64,000 bases of DNA from an uncultured Pseudobutyrivibrio sp. (GCA_946403965.1 CAMJBT010000007.1:397-64396); one strand, 5' to 3'; positions 51,608-60,376 are shown, numbered from the stretch's first letter. Notes: a model not told the origin generated them from the sequence alone. Numbers and translations: made by a program.

Positions 51608-53077
51608 TTATCCAAGGATTGATAATACGCCCTGTGTTGACTGGTTAGCCTGTGCAAGCATTGCCTGACCTGCCTGCTGAAGAATGTTATTCTTGCTGTA
51701 GTTAACCATTTCATCTGCCATGTCTGTATCACGGATACGTGATTCAGAAGCATTTGTATTCTCAACTACGTTGTCTACGTTAGCGATTGTGTGCTCTAAT
51801 CTGTTCTGGATAGCACCGAGTGAAGATCTCTGTGCAGATACCTTTGAAACAGCGTCAGCGATTGCATCGATAGCGTATGTAGCAGCTTTACCTGTAGCAT
51901 CAGCAACATTAAGTCCCTGAATACCAAGTGAAGCAGAGCTCATGTCTGTGATTGTAACGCCAATCTTGTTTGTCATATCAGCGTCAGAACCAACATGAAG
52001 GTTGAATGTAAGGTCATTCTGAACTGAAGCCTCACCCTTTGTCATTGTGAAGGTTACTTTGTTGTCCTTCATATCAGCTGGTAACTGGTTATTGTAGTCA
52101 GCCTCTTTATATGATGCACTTGTGCCACCTTCATCAATTGATCCTTTAGTTGGCGCTTTAATAACTTCATCTGCTCCAATTGAAGAAGCTGCACGAAGTT
52201 CATTTGCAATAAGTTCATAAGCCTTATCAGCTGTGATAAGTGTTGAATCCTTCTCATCAACACCATCTTTAGGACCATCTTCTTTGTTAAATAATGTTAC
52301 TGACTTACCGTTGTACTCAATTGTTGAGCCCTGGCTTGCAAAGAGATTAAGCTGTGTTGCAGCAACTTCTGATGTATCAGCATTTGTAGTTTTAGCAATA
52401 GTAAATGACTTTCCATCAATCTTAACTACTTCACCAATCTCCAAATCATCCTCAGATGTGCCAAGAACTGTAAGACCATTTGCGAGCTGCTTATCAGGAT
52501 CATCACCAGCTACACCAATTGTGTACTTTGTACCACCGATTGTGTATGTATCGCCCATTGCAAGAGCATTCATTGTAAATGTAGCTGTTGTGGTGTTCTG
52601 TGTAAGTGTTCCTGCAAGACCTGCATCATGAGCAGCGATCTTGATTGTCTTTGTACCATAATCGCCCTTAAGAAGATAGGTCTCGTTGAATTTTGTTGTC
52701 TCAGCAACACGGTCAATTTCTGTTGTAAGCTGATTAATTTCGTCCTGGATAGAAGAACGATCAGACTCACTGTTTGTTCCGTTTGCTGCCTGTACTGCAA
52801 GCTCGTTCATTCTCTGAAGCATTGAGTGAACTTCTGTTAAAGCACCTTCAGCTGTCTGCACTGCAGATACACCGTCCTGAGCATTTGTAGATGCCTGATC
52901 AAGACCTCTAATCTGCTTGCGCATCTTTTCTGAAATTGAAAGACCAGCTGCGTCATCAGCTGCACGGTTAATCTTAAAACCAGATGCTAACTTCTCTGTT
53001 GACTTAGACTGATTTCCTGCTGTGATGTTGAGCATTCTTGAAGCATTGGATGCTTGCATATTGTGTTGTACTACCAT
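51608..53077 (-). CDS. fliC: Flagellin (fla2), 489 aa
   Basis: Flagellin termini as in fla1; AAGGAGG RBS. Confidence 0.97.
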   Translation of the reverse strand: MVVQHNMQASNASRMLNITAGNQSKSTEKLASGFKINRAADDAAGLSISEKMRKQIRGLDQASTNAQDGVSAVQTAEGALTEVHSMLQRMNELAVQAANGTNSESDRSSIQDEINQLTTEIDRVAETTKFNETYLLKGDYGTKTIKIAAHDAGLAGTLTQNTTTATFTMNALAMGDTYTIGGTKYTIGVAGDDPDKQLANGLTVLGTSEDDLEIGEVVKIDGKSFTIAKTTNADTSEVAATQLNLFASQGSTIEYNGKSVTLFNKEDGPKDGVDEKDSTLITADKAYELIANELRAASSIGADEVIKAPTKGSIDEGGTSASYKEADYNNQLPADMKDNKVTFTMTKGEASVQNDLTFNLHVGSDADMTNKIGVTITDMSSASLGIQGLNVADATGKAATYAIDAIADAVSKVSAQRSSLGAIQNRLEHTIANVDNVVENTNASESRIRDTDMADEMVNYSKNNILQQAGQAMLAQANQSTQGVLSILG

Positions 53078-53082
53078 AAAAT

Positions 53083-53125
53083 TCTACCTCCTTGTAGATA
53101 CTCCCGTGGATTCCTTTCCTGGGAG
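53083..53125 (-). promoter_or_regulatory. Tandem CsrA-type hairpins in the fla2 leader
   Basis: CUCCC-AGGA-AAGGAA-UCC-ACGGGAG, then UCUAC-AAGGAG-GUAGA. Confidence 0.8.
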
Positions 53126-53174
53126 ATGTGATTCGGGTAAATGCTGTGAATCACAACTTTTTTCCCTCGTCACA

Positions 53175-53265
53175 TGTTAACAATTACTAACCGCTATCCA
53201 GTAGCTAACTGAATAACTATCTATAATCAACACAGTACTCGCGCGACATACTGCATGACTATCGC
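53175..53265 (-). ncRNA. Candidate cis-regulatory RNA (H-type pseudoknot plus P3 stem) in the fla2 leader
   Basis: GCGAUA-GUCAUG-CAGUA-UGUCGC-GCGAG-UACUG, followed by a UGUUGAU/GUUAACA stem; compensatory changes relative to the fla3 copy. Confidence 0.6.
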
Positions 53266-53499
53266 TTTATTATTTCTCGTAAATCAAGAAATCAAAACAA
53301 ACTAGTAGTAAACATAATTAGTATTTAATTGTGAATGTACAATTGATAAATGGAAATAAAAACTTGAAATTATTCATCGATCCTTAACATCCTTGTTCTG
53401 TATCGAAATAGATATTTAAATGATGTTTGTAAATCTCAGATAATGAAGTCCTTTTCATTTATCTTTGGTGTGTGCCAGGTAGATAATTTAAATCCTTAT

Positions 53500-53712
53500 C
53501 TCATCCTTGCAAATTTAATATCGGATGACTTTCTTAAAACTTAACCCCTTTTTAGAAAATTTTTTATTATTTTTTATTTCATTCTAAATGCTTAGGTCAA
53601 GCTTGATTTATGGGGGTGTTATTTTTGCCCCTCATCACCCTTGCAATCTATATATCGGAAGCTCTGTTATAAACTTAACCCCTTTTTAAAAAAATTTTAT
53701 TTTTATATCTAA
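53500..53712 (-). repeat. Direct repeat (two units 134 bp apart), each carrying a sigma28 promoter
   Basis: TTAAG-N14-TCCGATAT at 53518-53544 and 53652-53678; identical aaacttaacccctttttA core and shared ccttgcaa. Confidence 0.85.
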
Positions 53713-53740
53713 AAATATTATTTTCCCTGTCTGCACACCC

Positions 53741-53774
53741 AAAAAGGACCTCCTTTATAATGAAGGAGGCCCTT
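53741..53774 (-). terminator. Intrinsic terminator of fla3
   Basis: AAGGGCCUCCUU-N7-AAGGAGGUCCUU plus a U-run. Confidence 0.88.
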
Positions 53775-53877
53775 GAATTAAGCTTATATTTCTAGTCACG
53801 GGAAAATTGGTTAATTATTCTTGAATGTTTCATTTAAATCATTCTCAAGAATTCTACACTATTAAATTATGGTTTCT

Positions 53878-55344
53878 CTACCCCAAGATAGAAAGTACTC
53901 CCTGAGTAGACTGGTTAGCCTGAGCAAGCATAGCCTGACCTGCCTGAGCAAGAATATTGTTCTTGCTGTAGTTAACCATTTCTTCTGCCATATCTGTATC
54001 ACGGATACGTGACTCAGATGCATTTGTATTCTCAACTACGTTGTCTACGTTTGCAATTGTGTGCTCTAATCTGTTCTGAATAGCACCAAGCGAAGATCTC
54101 TGTGCAGATACCTTTGAAACAGCGTCAGCGATTGCATCGATAGCATATGTAGCAGCCTTACCTGTAGCATCAGAAACGTTAAGTCCCTTAATACCAAGAC
54201 CTGTAGAGCTCATATCTGTAATTGTAACTCCAATCTTATTTGTCATGTCAGCATCAGAACCAACATGAAGGTTAAATGTAAGGTCATTCTGAACTGTAGC
54301 TTCACCCTTTGTAAGAGAGAACTCAACAGTCTTATCTTTTACATCGGTAGGCATCTTTCCATTTGAATCAGTTGCATTAGCTGCTGCTGATGCAGTTCCA
54401 GTACCAACTTTAATTGTTCCATCTTTAACAGCTGTTGTTGCTCCAATGTTTGAAGCAGCCTTAAACTCATTCAAAATAAGATTATATGCCTTTTCCTCAG
54501 TAATAAGCTGTCGATTATTCTTATCAACACCATCACTAGGAGCCTTACCTGATGCTTCACTAAATAATGTTACAGACTTTCCATTGTACTCAATAGTAGA
54601 TCCCTGACCAGCAAATGTGCCAATCTCATCTTTCTTTACTTCTGCTGTATCAGAATTTGTTTTATCAGCAACTGTAAATGACTTACCATCAATCTTAATT
54701 ACTTCGCCATCATCAAGATTGTCTGCACCTAATACTTTAAGTGCATTTTCAAGTTGCTTTTCCTTGTTATCTCCAGAAACACCAATTGTGTACTTTGTTC
54801 CACCAATTGTATAGCTGTCGCCCATTGCCAACTGATTCATTGTAAATGTAGCCTTTGATGTATTCTGAGTAAGTGTTCCATCAAGACCTGCATCATGAGC
54901 TGCAATTTTGATAGTCTTTGTGCCATAGTCACCTTTTAATAGGTATGACTCGTTAAACTTTGTTGTCTCAGCAACACGATCGATTTCAGTTGTAAGCTGG
55001 TTAATTTCATCCTGGATAGAAGAACGATCTGACTCACTGTTTGTTCCGTTTGAAGCCTGAACTGCAAGTTCATTCATTCTCTGAAGCATTGAATGAACTT
55101 CTGTAAGAGCACCTTCAGCTGTCTGCACTGCAGAAACACCATCCTGTGCATTTGTAGAAGCCTGAGAAAGACCTCTAATCTGCTTACGCATCTTTTCTGA
55201 AATTGAAAGGCCAGCTGCATCATCTGCTGCGCGGTTAATCTTAAATCCGCTTGCCAACTTTTCAGTTGATTTTGCCTGGCTTCCAGAAGTGATGTTAAGC
55301 ATTCTTGAAGCGTTACTTGCCTGCATGTTGTGTTGTACTACCAT
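53878..55344 (-). CDS. fliC: Flagellin (fla3), 488 aa
   Basis: Flagellin termini as in fla1; AAGGAGG RBS. Confidence 0.97.
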   Translation of the reverse strand: MVVQHNMQASNASRMLNITSGSQAKSTEKLASGFKINRAADDAAGLSISEKMRKQIRGLSQASTNAQDGVSAVQTAEGALTEVHSMLQRMNELAVQASNGTNSESDRSSIQDEINQLTTEIDRVAETTKFNESYLLKGDYGTKTIKIAAHDAGLDGTLTQNTSKATFTMNQLAMGDSYTIGGTKYTIGVSGDNKEKQLENALKVLGADNLDDGEVIKIDGKSFTVADKTNSDTAEVKKDEIGTFAGQGSTIEYNGKSVTLFSEASGKAPSDGVDKNNRQLITEEKAYNLILNEFKAASNIGATTAVKDGTIKVGTGTASAAANATDSNGKMPTDVKDKTVEFSLTKGEATVQNDLTFNLHVGSDADMTNKIGVTITDMSSTGLGIKGLNVSDATGKAATYAIDAIADAVSKVSAQRSSLGAIQNRLEHTIANVDNVVENTNASESRIRDTDMAEEMVNYSKNNILAQAGQAMLAQANQSTQGVLSILG

Positions 55345-55347
55345 ATA

Positions 55348-55390
55348 TCTACCTCCTTGTAGAAAGTTTCCGAGAATCCTTTCCCGGAAA
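55348..55390 (-). promoter_or_regulatory. Tandem CsrA-type hairpins in the fla3 leader
   Basis: UUUCCGGGAA-AGGA-UUCUCGGAAA, then UCUAC-AAGGAG-GUAGA. Confidence 0.8.
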
Positions 55391-55405
55391 GTGCCAAACG
55401 CACCC

Positions 55406-55490
55406 TTGGTTAATAAATACCCCTGGCTTATGTTTTAAACATAAAGCCCTTAACCAACAGTACTCCCGTGATATACTGTCCTGTTATCAC
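55406..55490 (-). ncRNA. Candidate cis-regulatory RNA (H-type pseudoknot plus P3 stem) in the fla3 leader
   Basis: GUGAUA-ACAGGA-CAGUA-UAUCAC-GGGAG-UACUG, followed by a UUGGUUAA/UUAACCAA stem. Confidence 0.6.
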
Positions 55491-55643
55491 GTTATAAAAA
55501 ATTACCTTACAGATGCTCGCTCATTCATCTGTAACATTATAATAACATCTTTTTCTGAAATTAACAGATATTTCACTAAATGTTCATACTTTTAGGGTTA
55601 ACTTTCTTTCGAAATTCACGACAGATTTTTCCTTGCAACAACT

Positions 55644-55680
55644 AAAAAAAGCATACTCCGGAACAAATCCTAGAGTATGC
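55644..55680 (-). terminator. Intrinsic terminator after znuB
   Basis: GCAUACUC-N14-GAGUAUGC-U7. Confidence 0.8.
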
Positions 55681-55780
55681 CTCTTCTTTTAATGACTTCT
55701 CATGACCCACTTAATAAAAAAGCCCAAAAGAACCACTGTATTTACTTGTCTTTAAAAGTCACCCCTGTTCTAATCTGACT

Positions 55781-56584
55781 TTATCGATCCTTACCATATA
55801 TATATGTGGCAAAATAAATCACGCTTGCCACTATTACAATCATTGGACCTGTTGCCATATCTGTGAAGTAAGAAACAAACAAACCGCACACACCAGAGAA
55901 CACACTAAAGATAATAGAAAAGTAAGTGTACTCTCTAAAGTTCTCTGAAATATTTCTACTGCTTGCTGCTGGCAAAATCAGTAACGCATTAATAAGAAGG
56001 ATTCCAACCCACTTTATAGAAAGCATTACAAGAAGTGCAATCAGCACTGCAAAAGCATCTTCCATCACTCTAACAGAAATACTACGGCTTTTTGCAAGTG
56101 TTGCATGAATACTAATCGCTGTAAGTCTATTGATGCTGATGCACCAAAAAACCATAATCACTACAAACAAAATCACCAGCTGAATTATTTCCTTTACAGT
56201 GATAGATAAAATATCACCTACCAAGATTGCAGAATAATTGCTGAAGCTTCCTCCTCTGGAAAGAATCGCAAGGCCAAGCGCAGTAGCGCAGCTGGCAAAA
56301 ACCGAAATCAAGGTATCAGAAGAACTTAAGCCCTTTCTACTTATATAATTAAGAAGAAGTGCAAAACAGATTCCAAATATTATCATTGAGACTGTGGTAT
56401 TTGAAATCCCCATTATCACTCCTGCCGCAATTCCTGTAAGTGCTGAGTGACCAAGAGCATCGCTGAAATATGCCATACGCTTTTGGACAATCATAGTGCC
56501 TACTGTACCAAAAAGTGGAGAAATCAGAAGAATGGCTATTGTAGCCCTAATCATAAAGGTGTAACTAAACATTTCGCTAAACAT
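55781..56584 (-). CDS. znuB: Zn/Mn ABC transporter permease
   Basis: AYFSDALGHSALTG and LLINALLILPAA motifs. Confidence 0.9.
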   Translation of the reverse strand: MFSEMFSYTFMIRATIAILLISPLFGTVGTMIVQKRMAYFSDALGHSALTGIAAGVIMGISNTTVSMIIFGICFALLLNYISRKGLSSSDTLISVFASCATALGLAILSRGGSFSNYSAILVGDILSITVKEIIQLVILFVVIMVFWCISINRLTAISIHATLAKSRSISVRVMEDAFAVLIALLVMLSIKWVGILLINALLILPAASSRNISENFREYTYFSIIFSVFSGVCGLFVSYFTDMATGPMIVIVASVIYFATYIYGKDR

Positions 56585-57413
56585 TGTCAGTCACCTCCTT
56601 GCTCTTCTTTTCAGTATCTGCCCCTTCTTTATTCAAAGCTGTTGTACCCGATGAGGCACCTTTTGTGCTATCCAATTTCCCGGTAGCTCCATTTCCGAAA
56701 ACAGATTTGAAAGCATCTGTTTCATATACAAGCCTTGGACGTCCGGCTGCTGTAACAGTCTTGTCTATAAGAATTACATTATCTGCATATTTGTATACAT
56801 AATCCAAGTCATGACTCACAAGAATGATTGCCAAATCGTGAGTCTCCTTTAAGTATTTCATCTTCTCATAGAAAGCATCCATACCATTTTTATCAATTCC
56901 AGAAACAGGCTCATCTAATAATAGAAGGTTTGGTGTATCATGCACCGCCATAGCTAAAAGCACTCTCTGAAGCTGTCCGCCGGAAAGTGTACCTACTGGC
57001 TGATCTATAAGCTCTGCTACATCAAACTCTGCCAAAGCTTCTCTTACATGCTCATGTTCCTTTTTGCTATTAAAAAGGATTGGTAGCTTTCCTGTAAATG
57101 ACTGGAACAAATCATACACAGAAAGAGGTGTTGTCCTGTCGATATTAACGGTTTGTGGCACATACCCTATCTTTAGACTAGGCATGTTGTTATTCATTTT
57201 ATTTTTGAATTGAATCTCGCCAGTATATGGCACTTCACCAAGAATAGCCCTGACAAGCGTAGACTTGCCCGCTCCATTTCTACCGACGATAGCTGTCATT
57301 TGTCCACAATGCACATGCAAATTGATATTGCTCAATACCTGCTGGTCACCAAACGCCACACCCAAGTTATTAAATTTTATGCAGTGAAAACCACATGGAA
57401 TTATTTTTTTCAT
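56577..57413 (-). CDS. znuC: Zn/Mn ABC transporter ATPase
   Basis: GRNGAGKST, LSGGQ, LDEP and VSHDL motifs. Confidence 0.9.
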   Translation of the reverse strand: MKKIIPCGFHCIKFNNLGVAFGDQQVLSNINLHVHCGQMTAIVGRNGAGKSTLVRAILGEVPYTGEIQFKNKMNNNMPSLKIGYVPQTVNIDRTTPLSVYDLFQSFTGKLPILFNSKKEHEHVREALAEFDVAELIDQPVGTLSGGQLQRVLLAMAVHDTPNLLLLDEPVSGIDKNGMDAFYEKMKYLKETHDLAIILVSHDLDYVYKYADNVILIDKTVTAAGRPRLVYETDAFKSVFGNGATGKLDSTKGASSGTTALNKEGADTEKKSKEVTDNV

Positions 57414-57416
57414 GTT

Positions 57417-58445
57417 TTATAAAGCTTCTTTTATTTTCTTATAATTTTGATTCTGTATAGTAATATATGAAGACGCATCATAAGAACCATGTACTAATGT
57501 CTCAAGATACACCACCTTGGCATCAGTCTGTTCTTCGATGAGCTTTCCCATAGCATTGCCATAGTCATATTCGGCAAAGACAATTTTAATATCATTATCC
57601 TGAATAGCCTGAATAAATTCACTAACCTCTCCAGCACTAACCTGACGCTCCTCATCAAGATCCATTGAAACGGCGACATTTGCTCCTAGAGACTGTGCTG
57701 TATACGAAAAAGCCTCATGAAGAACTGCAACATTAGAGCCTGACAATGTCTTTTCAAGCCCCTGTTTGTCAATTTCAGCATTAAGATTATTAGTATATGA
57801 AAGATAATTATTTGAAATAGGAGTTTCTTCCCTATTTAAATTTTCTCCCATAAGCTCATTTGCAATAGCAGCCACCTGCATTTCAAATAATCTTTCATCC
57901 ATCCAGATGTGGCTATTAGCACCATGTTCATGATGATGTTCGTGAGACTCTTCATGAGCTTCTTCAGAAACGCTTTCATCTTCATGATGCTCTTCCTCAT
58001 GAGCCTCTTCATCTTCTTCCTCTTCTTCAATAAGAAGATCAGATGCCTCACCTAATGAATGCTCGATATATTCATAGGTATCGATGATTTTAAGATTCGG
58101 ATAAGCCTCCATTACATCCTCAAGGTATCCTTCCATTCCCCCACCATTGACTACAAGAATATCTGCCTTTGAAAGCTTCTTCATATCCTCTGTTGTCAGC
58201 GTGTAATCATGAAGACATCCAGTAGTTGGTTGGGAAAGATTTTCCACGGTATATCCTTCTGTAGAACCAACCACATTTAATGTAGCAATATATACAGGAT
58301 TGCAGCTGGTCATAATAAGAATATTATCATCATCTTCTGTATTTTGTTTATTATTATTTTTTACATAAAAAAAAGTGCCGAGACTGCTCACCACCGTGAT
58401 GGAGATTAGCAGTAGCAGCACAAAAATATATTTATTTTTTTTCAT
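57417..58445 (-). CDS. znuA: Zn ABC transporter substrate-binding protein with His/Glu-rich loop
   Basis: CLHDY, SHIW and HEAFSY ligand motifs; EEEHHE..HEHHHEH loop; start at ATG 58445; N-terminal TM helix without a lipobox Cys. Confidence 0.88.
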   Translation of the reverse strand: MKKNKYIFVLLLLISITVVSSLGTFFYVKNNNKQNTEDDDNILIMTSCNPVYIATLNVVGSTEGYTVENLSQPTTGCLHDYTLTTEDMKKLSKADILVVNGGGMEGYLEDVMEAYPNLKIIDTYEYIEHSLGEASDLLIEEEEEDEEAHEEEHHEDESVSEEAHEESHEHHHEHGANSHIWMDERLFEMQVAAIANELMGENLNREETPISNNYLSYTNNLNAEIDKQGLEKTLSGSNVAVLHEAFSYTAQSLGANVAVSMDLDEERQVSAGEVSEFIQAIQDNDIKIVFAEYDYGNAMGKLIEEQTDAKVVYLETLVHGSYDASSYITIQNQNYKKIKEAL

Positions 58446-58469
58446 TAGAACCTCTTCATAGGCCATTTA

Positions 58470-59090
58470 TCAATCAAGATCATCAACATCAGAAAGACTG
58501 GCTTCATTCTCAATAACCTGATCAAGGAAATCCTGAATAGTATCAAGCCCCTGCTTGGTCTGAGAAGAAAACGGAACAATGATAGTATCCTTTCCTGCCC
58601 CAAGCCCTTCACGAAGGATTTTGATTTGCTTGTCCAACTGGCTACGTTTGATTTTGTCTGCCTTGGTAGCAATGACAATTGGATCGTAGCCAACGTAATC
58701 CATCCATTCAAACATCTGCTTATCATTTGCAGATGGTGTATGGCGAATATCTACCAAAAGGAACACTGCTCGAATCATGTCTGAAGTATTAAGATATGTC
58801 TCTATCATCTTACCCCAGGCTTCTCGTTCCTTTTCAGATGCCTTAGCAAAGCCGTAGCCCGGCAAATCCACAACATAAATTTCATCGTTGATATTGTAGA
58901 AATTTATGGTCTGGGTCTTGCCCGGCTGTGCTGATACCCTGGCTAGGGATTTGCGATTCATAACCGCATTTATAAGTGATGACTTGCCTACATTTGACTT
59001 GCCAGCAAATGCCACTTCTGGAAGTGTATTCTTTGGAAGTTCGGATGTAGGCCCGCATACTGTTTCAAGATTACAAGAACGAATGACCAT
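58470..59090 (-). CDS. engB: Ribosome biogenesis GTPase YsxC/EngB
   Basis: GKSNVGKSS, PGKTQ, DLPGYG and TKADK motifs. Confidence 0.95.
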   Translation of the reverse strand: MVIRSCNLETVCGPTSELPKNTLPEVAFAGKSNVGKSSLINAVMNRKSLARVSAQPGKTQTINFYNINDEIYVVDLPGYGFAKASEKEREAWGKMIETYLNTSDMIRAVFLLVDIRHTPSANDKQMFEWMDYVGYDPIVIATKADKIKRSQLDKQIKILREGLGAGKDTIIVPFSSQTKQGLDTIQDFLDQVIENEASLSDVDDLD

Positions 59091-60376
59091 TATGCGCTCT
59101 TTTCCTTTTTATCTTCGATTGACACAACACTAGAATCCTCATCTCCCTTGTCGATAAGAAGAAGGTTGCTATCAACCATATCTTTTGTAACTGTAATTTC
59201 TGTAATTGACTCATCAGATGGCACATGATACATGTGATCCATCATAACAGATTCAACAATTGCACGAAGACCACGTGCGCCAGTCTTTCTTTCGATAGAC
59301 TTCTTTGCGATTTCACGAAGTGCTTCTTCCTCAAACTCAAGCTTTACGCCATCCATTTTGAAGAGGGCCTGATACTGCTTTGTAAGTGAGTTCTTTGGCT
59401 CACGAAGAATACGAATCATATCATCTTCTGTAAGCTCTTTTAAGGATACATTGATTGGCACACGTCCGATAAACTCCGGAATAAGACCAAACTTGATGAA
59501 ATCCTGTGGAAGAACCTGTTGTAAGAGCTCATCTACCTTTTGGTTGTTTTTATCCTTTACATCTGCGCCAAAACCGATTGCTGACACATTTGTACGCTGT
59601 GAAATAATCTTTTCGAGACCTTCGAAAGCACCACCACAAATAAAGAGAATGTTCTTTGTGTCGATAGCAATTGTCTCCTGCTGAGGATGCTTACGTCCAC
59701 CCTGTGGTGGAACATTTGCAACTGTTCCCTCGATAATCTTCAGAAGTGCCTGCTGTACACCTTCACCTGAAACATCACGAGTAATTGAAACGTTCTCGGA
59801 CTTCTTTGTAATTTTATCAATCTCGTCAATATATACGATACCGATTTCTGCTTTTTTAATATCAAATTCAGCTGCCTGAATAAGCTTAAGAAGAATATTT
59901 TCAACATCCTCACCTACATAACCAGCTTCTGTAAGTGTTGTAGCATCTGCAATAGCAAATGGTACACCAAGCACACGAGCTAATGTCTGAGCAAGGAGTG
60001 TCTTTCCTGAACCTGTAGGTCCGAGCATAAGCACATTACTCTTCTGGAGCTCAACATCAATATCTGATGGATTAGCCATAATACGTTTGTAGTGGTTGTA
60101 AACTGCAACAGAAAGAACCTTCTTTGCCTCGTCCTGACCGATAACATACTGATCAAGGAATGCCTTCATGTCCTCTGGCTTTTGGAGATTGATTTCGATT
60201 GAATCACCATCAGCAGCAGGTGCAAACTCATCAAGCTCCTCCATGATGATTTCCTGACAAATATCTACACATTCATCACAAATAAATGCGCCATTTGGAC
60301 CTGCAATAAGCTTACGAACCTGATTTTGAGTCTTGCCGCAGAAAGAGCAGCGAATTCTATCATCGTTTCTTGCCAT
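59090..60376 (-). CDS. clpX: Clp protease ATP-binding subunit
   Basis: CSFCGK..CDEC zinc-binding domain, [18 protein letters not shown] and IGF loop. Confidence 0.97.
   Translation of the reverse strand: MARNDDRIRCSFCGKTQNQVRKLIAGPNGAFICDECVDICQEIIMEELDEFAPAADGDSIEINLQKPEDMKAFLDQYVIGQDEAKKVLSVAVYNHYKRIMANPSDIDVELQKSNVLMLGPTGSGKTLLAQTLARVLGVPFAIADATTLTEAGYVGEDVENILLKLIQAAEFDIKKAEIGIVYIDEIDKITKKSENVSITRDVSGEGVQQALLKIIEGTVANVPPQGGRKHPQQETIAIDTKNILFICGGAFEGLEKIISQRTNVSAIGFGADVKDKNNQKVDELLQQVLPQDFIKFGLIPEFIGRVPINVSLKELTEDDMIRILREPKNSLTKQYQALFKMDGVKLEFEEEALREIAKKSIERKTGARGLRAIVESVMMDHMYHVPSDESITEITVTKDMVDSNLLLIDKGDEDSSVVSIEDKKEKSA

Noticed and set aside
49610-55490. Invertible DNA segments or a recombinase-driven flagellin switch
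   Set aside because: No recombinase is in the window. The flanking complementary motifs are only 8-10 nt with G-U and bulge features, and all three genes are intact, co-oriented and have their own terminators.
55305-55595. 96-aa plus-strand ORF upstream of fla3
   Set aside because: It is antisense to the structured leader and the gene start, with no SD and no recognisable motif.
51115-55780. c-di-GMP-I/II or other known riboswitches in the flagellin leaders
   Set aside because: I could not find the GEMM tetraloop/receptor and GCAAA core, the class II kink-turn pattern, or preQ1, SAM-II or fluoride consensus by eye. An Rfam scan is still needed.
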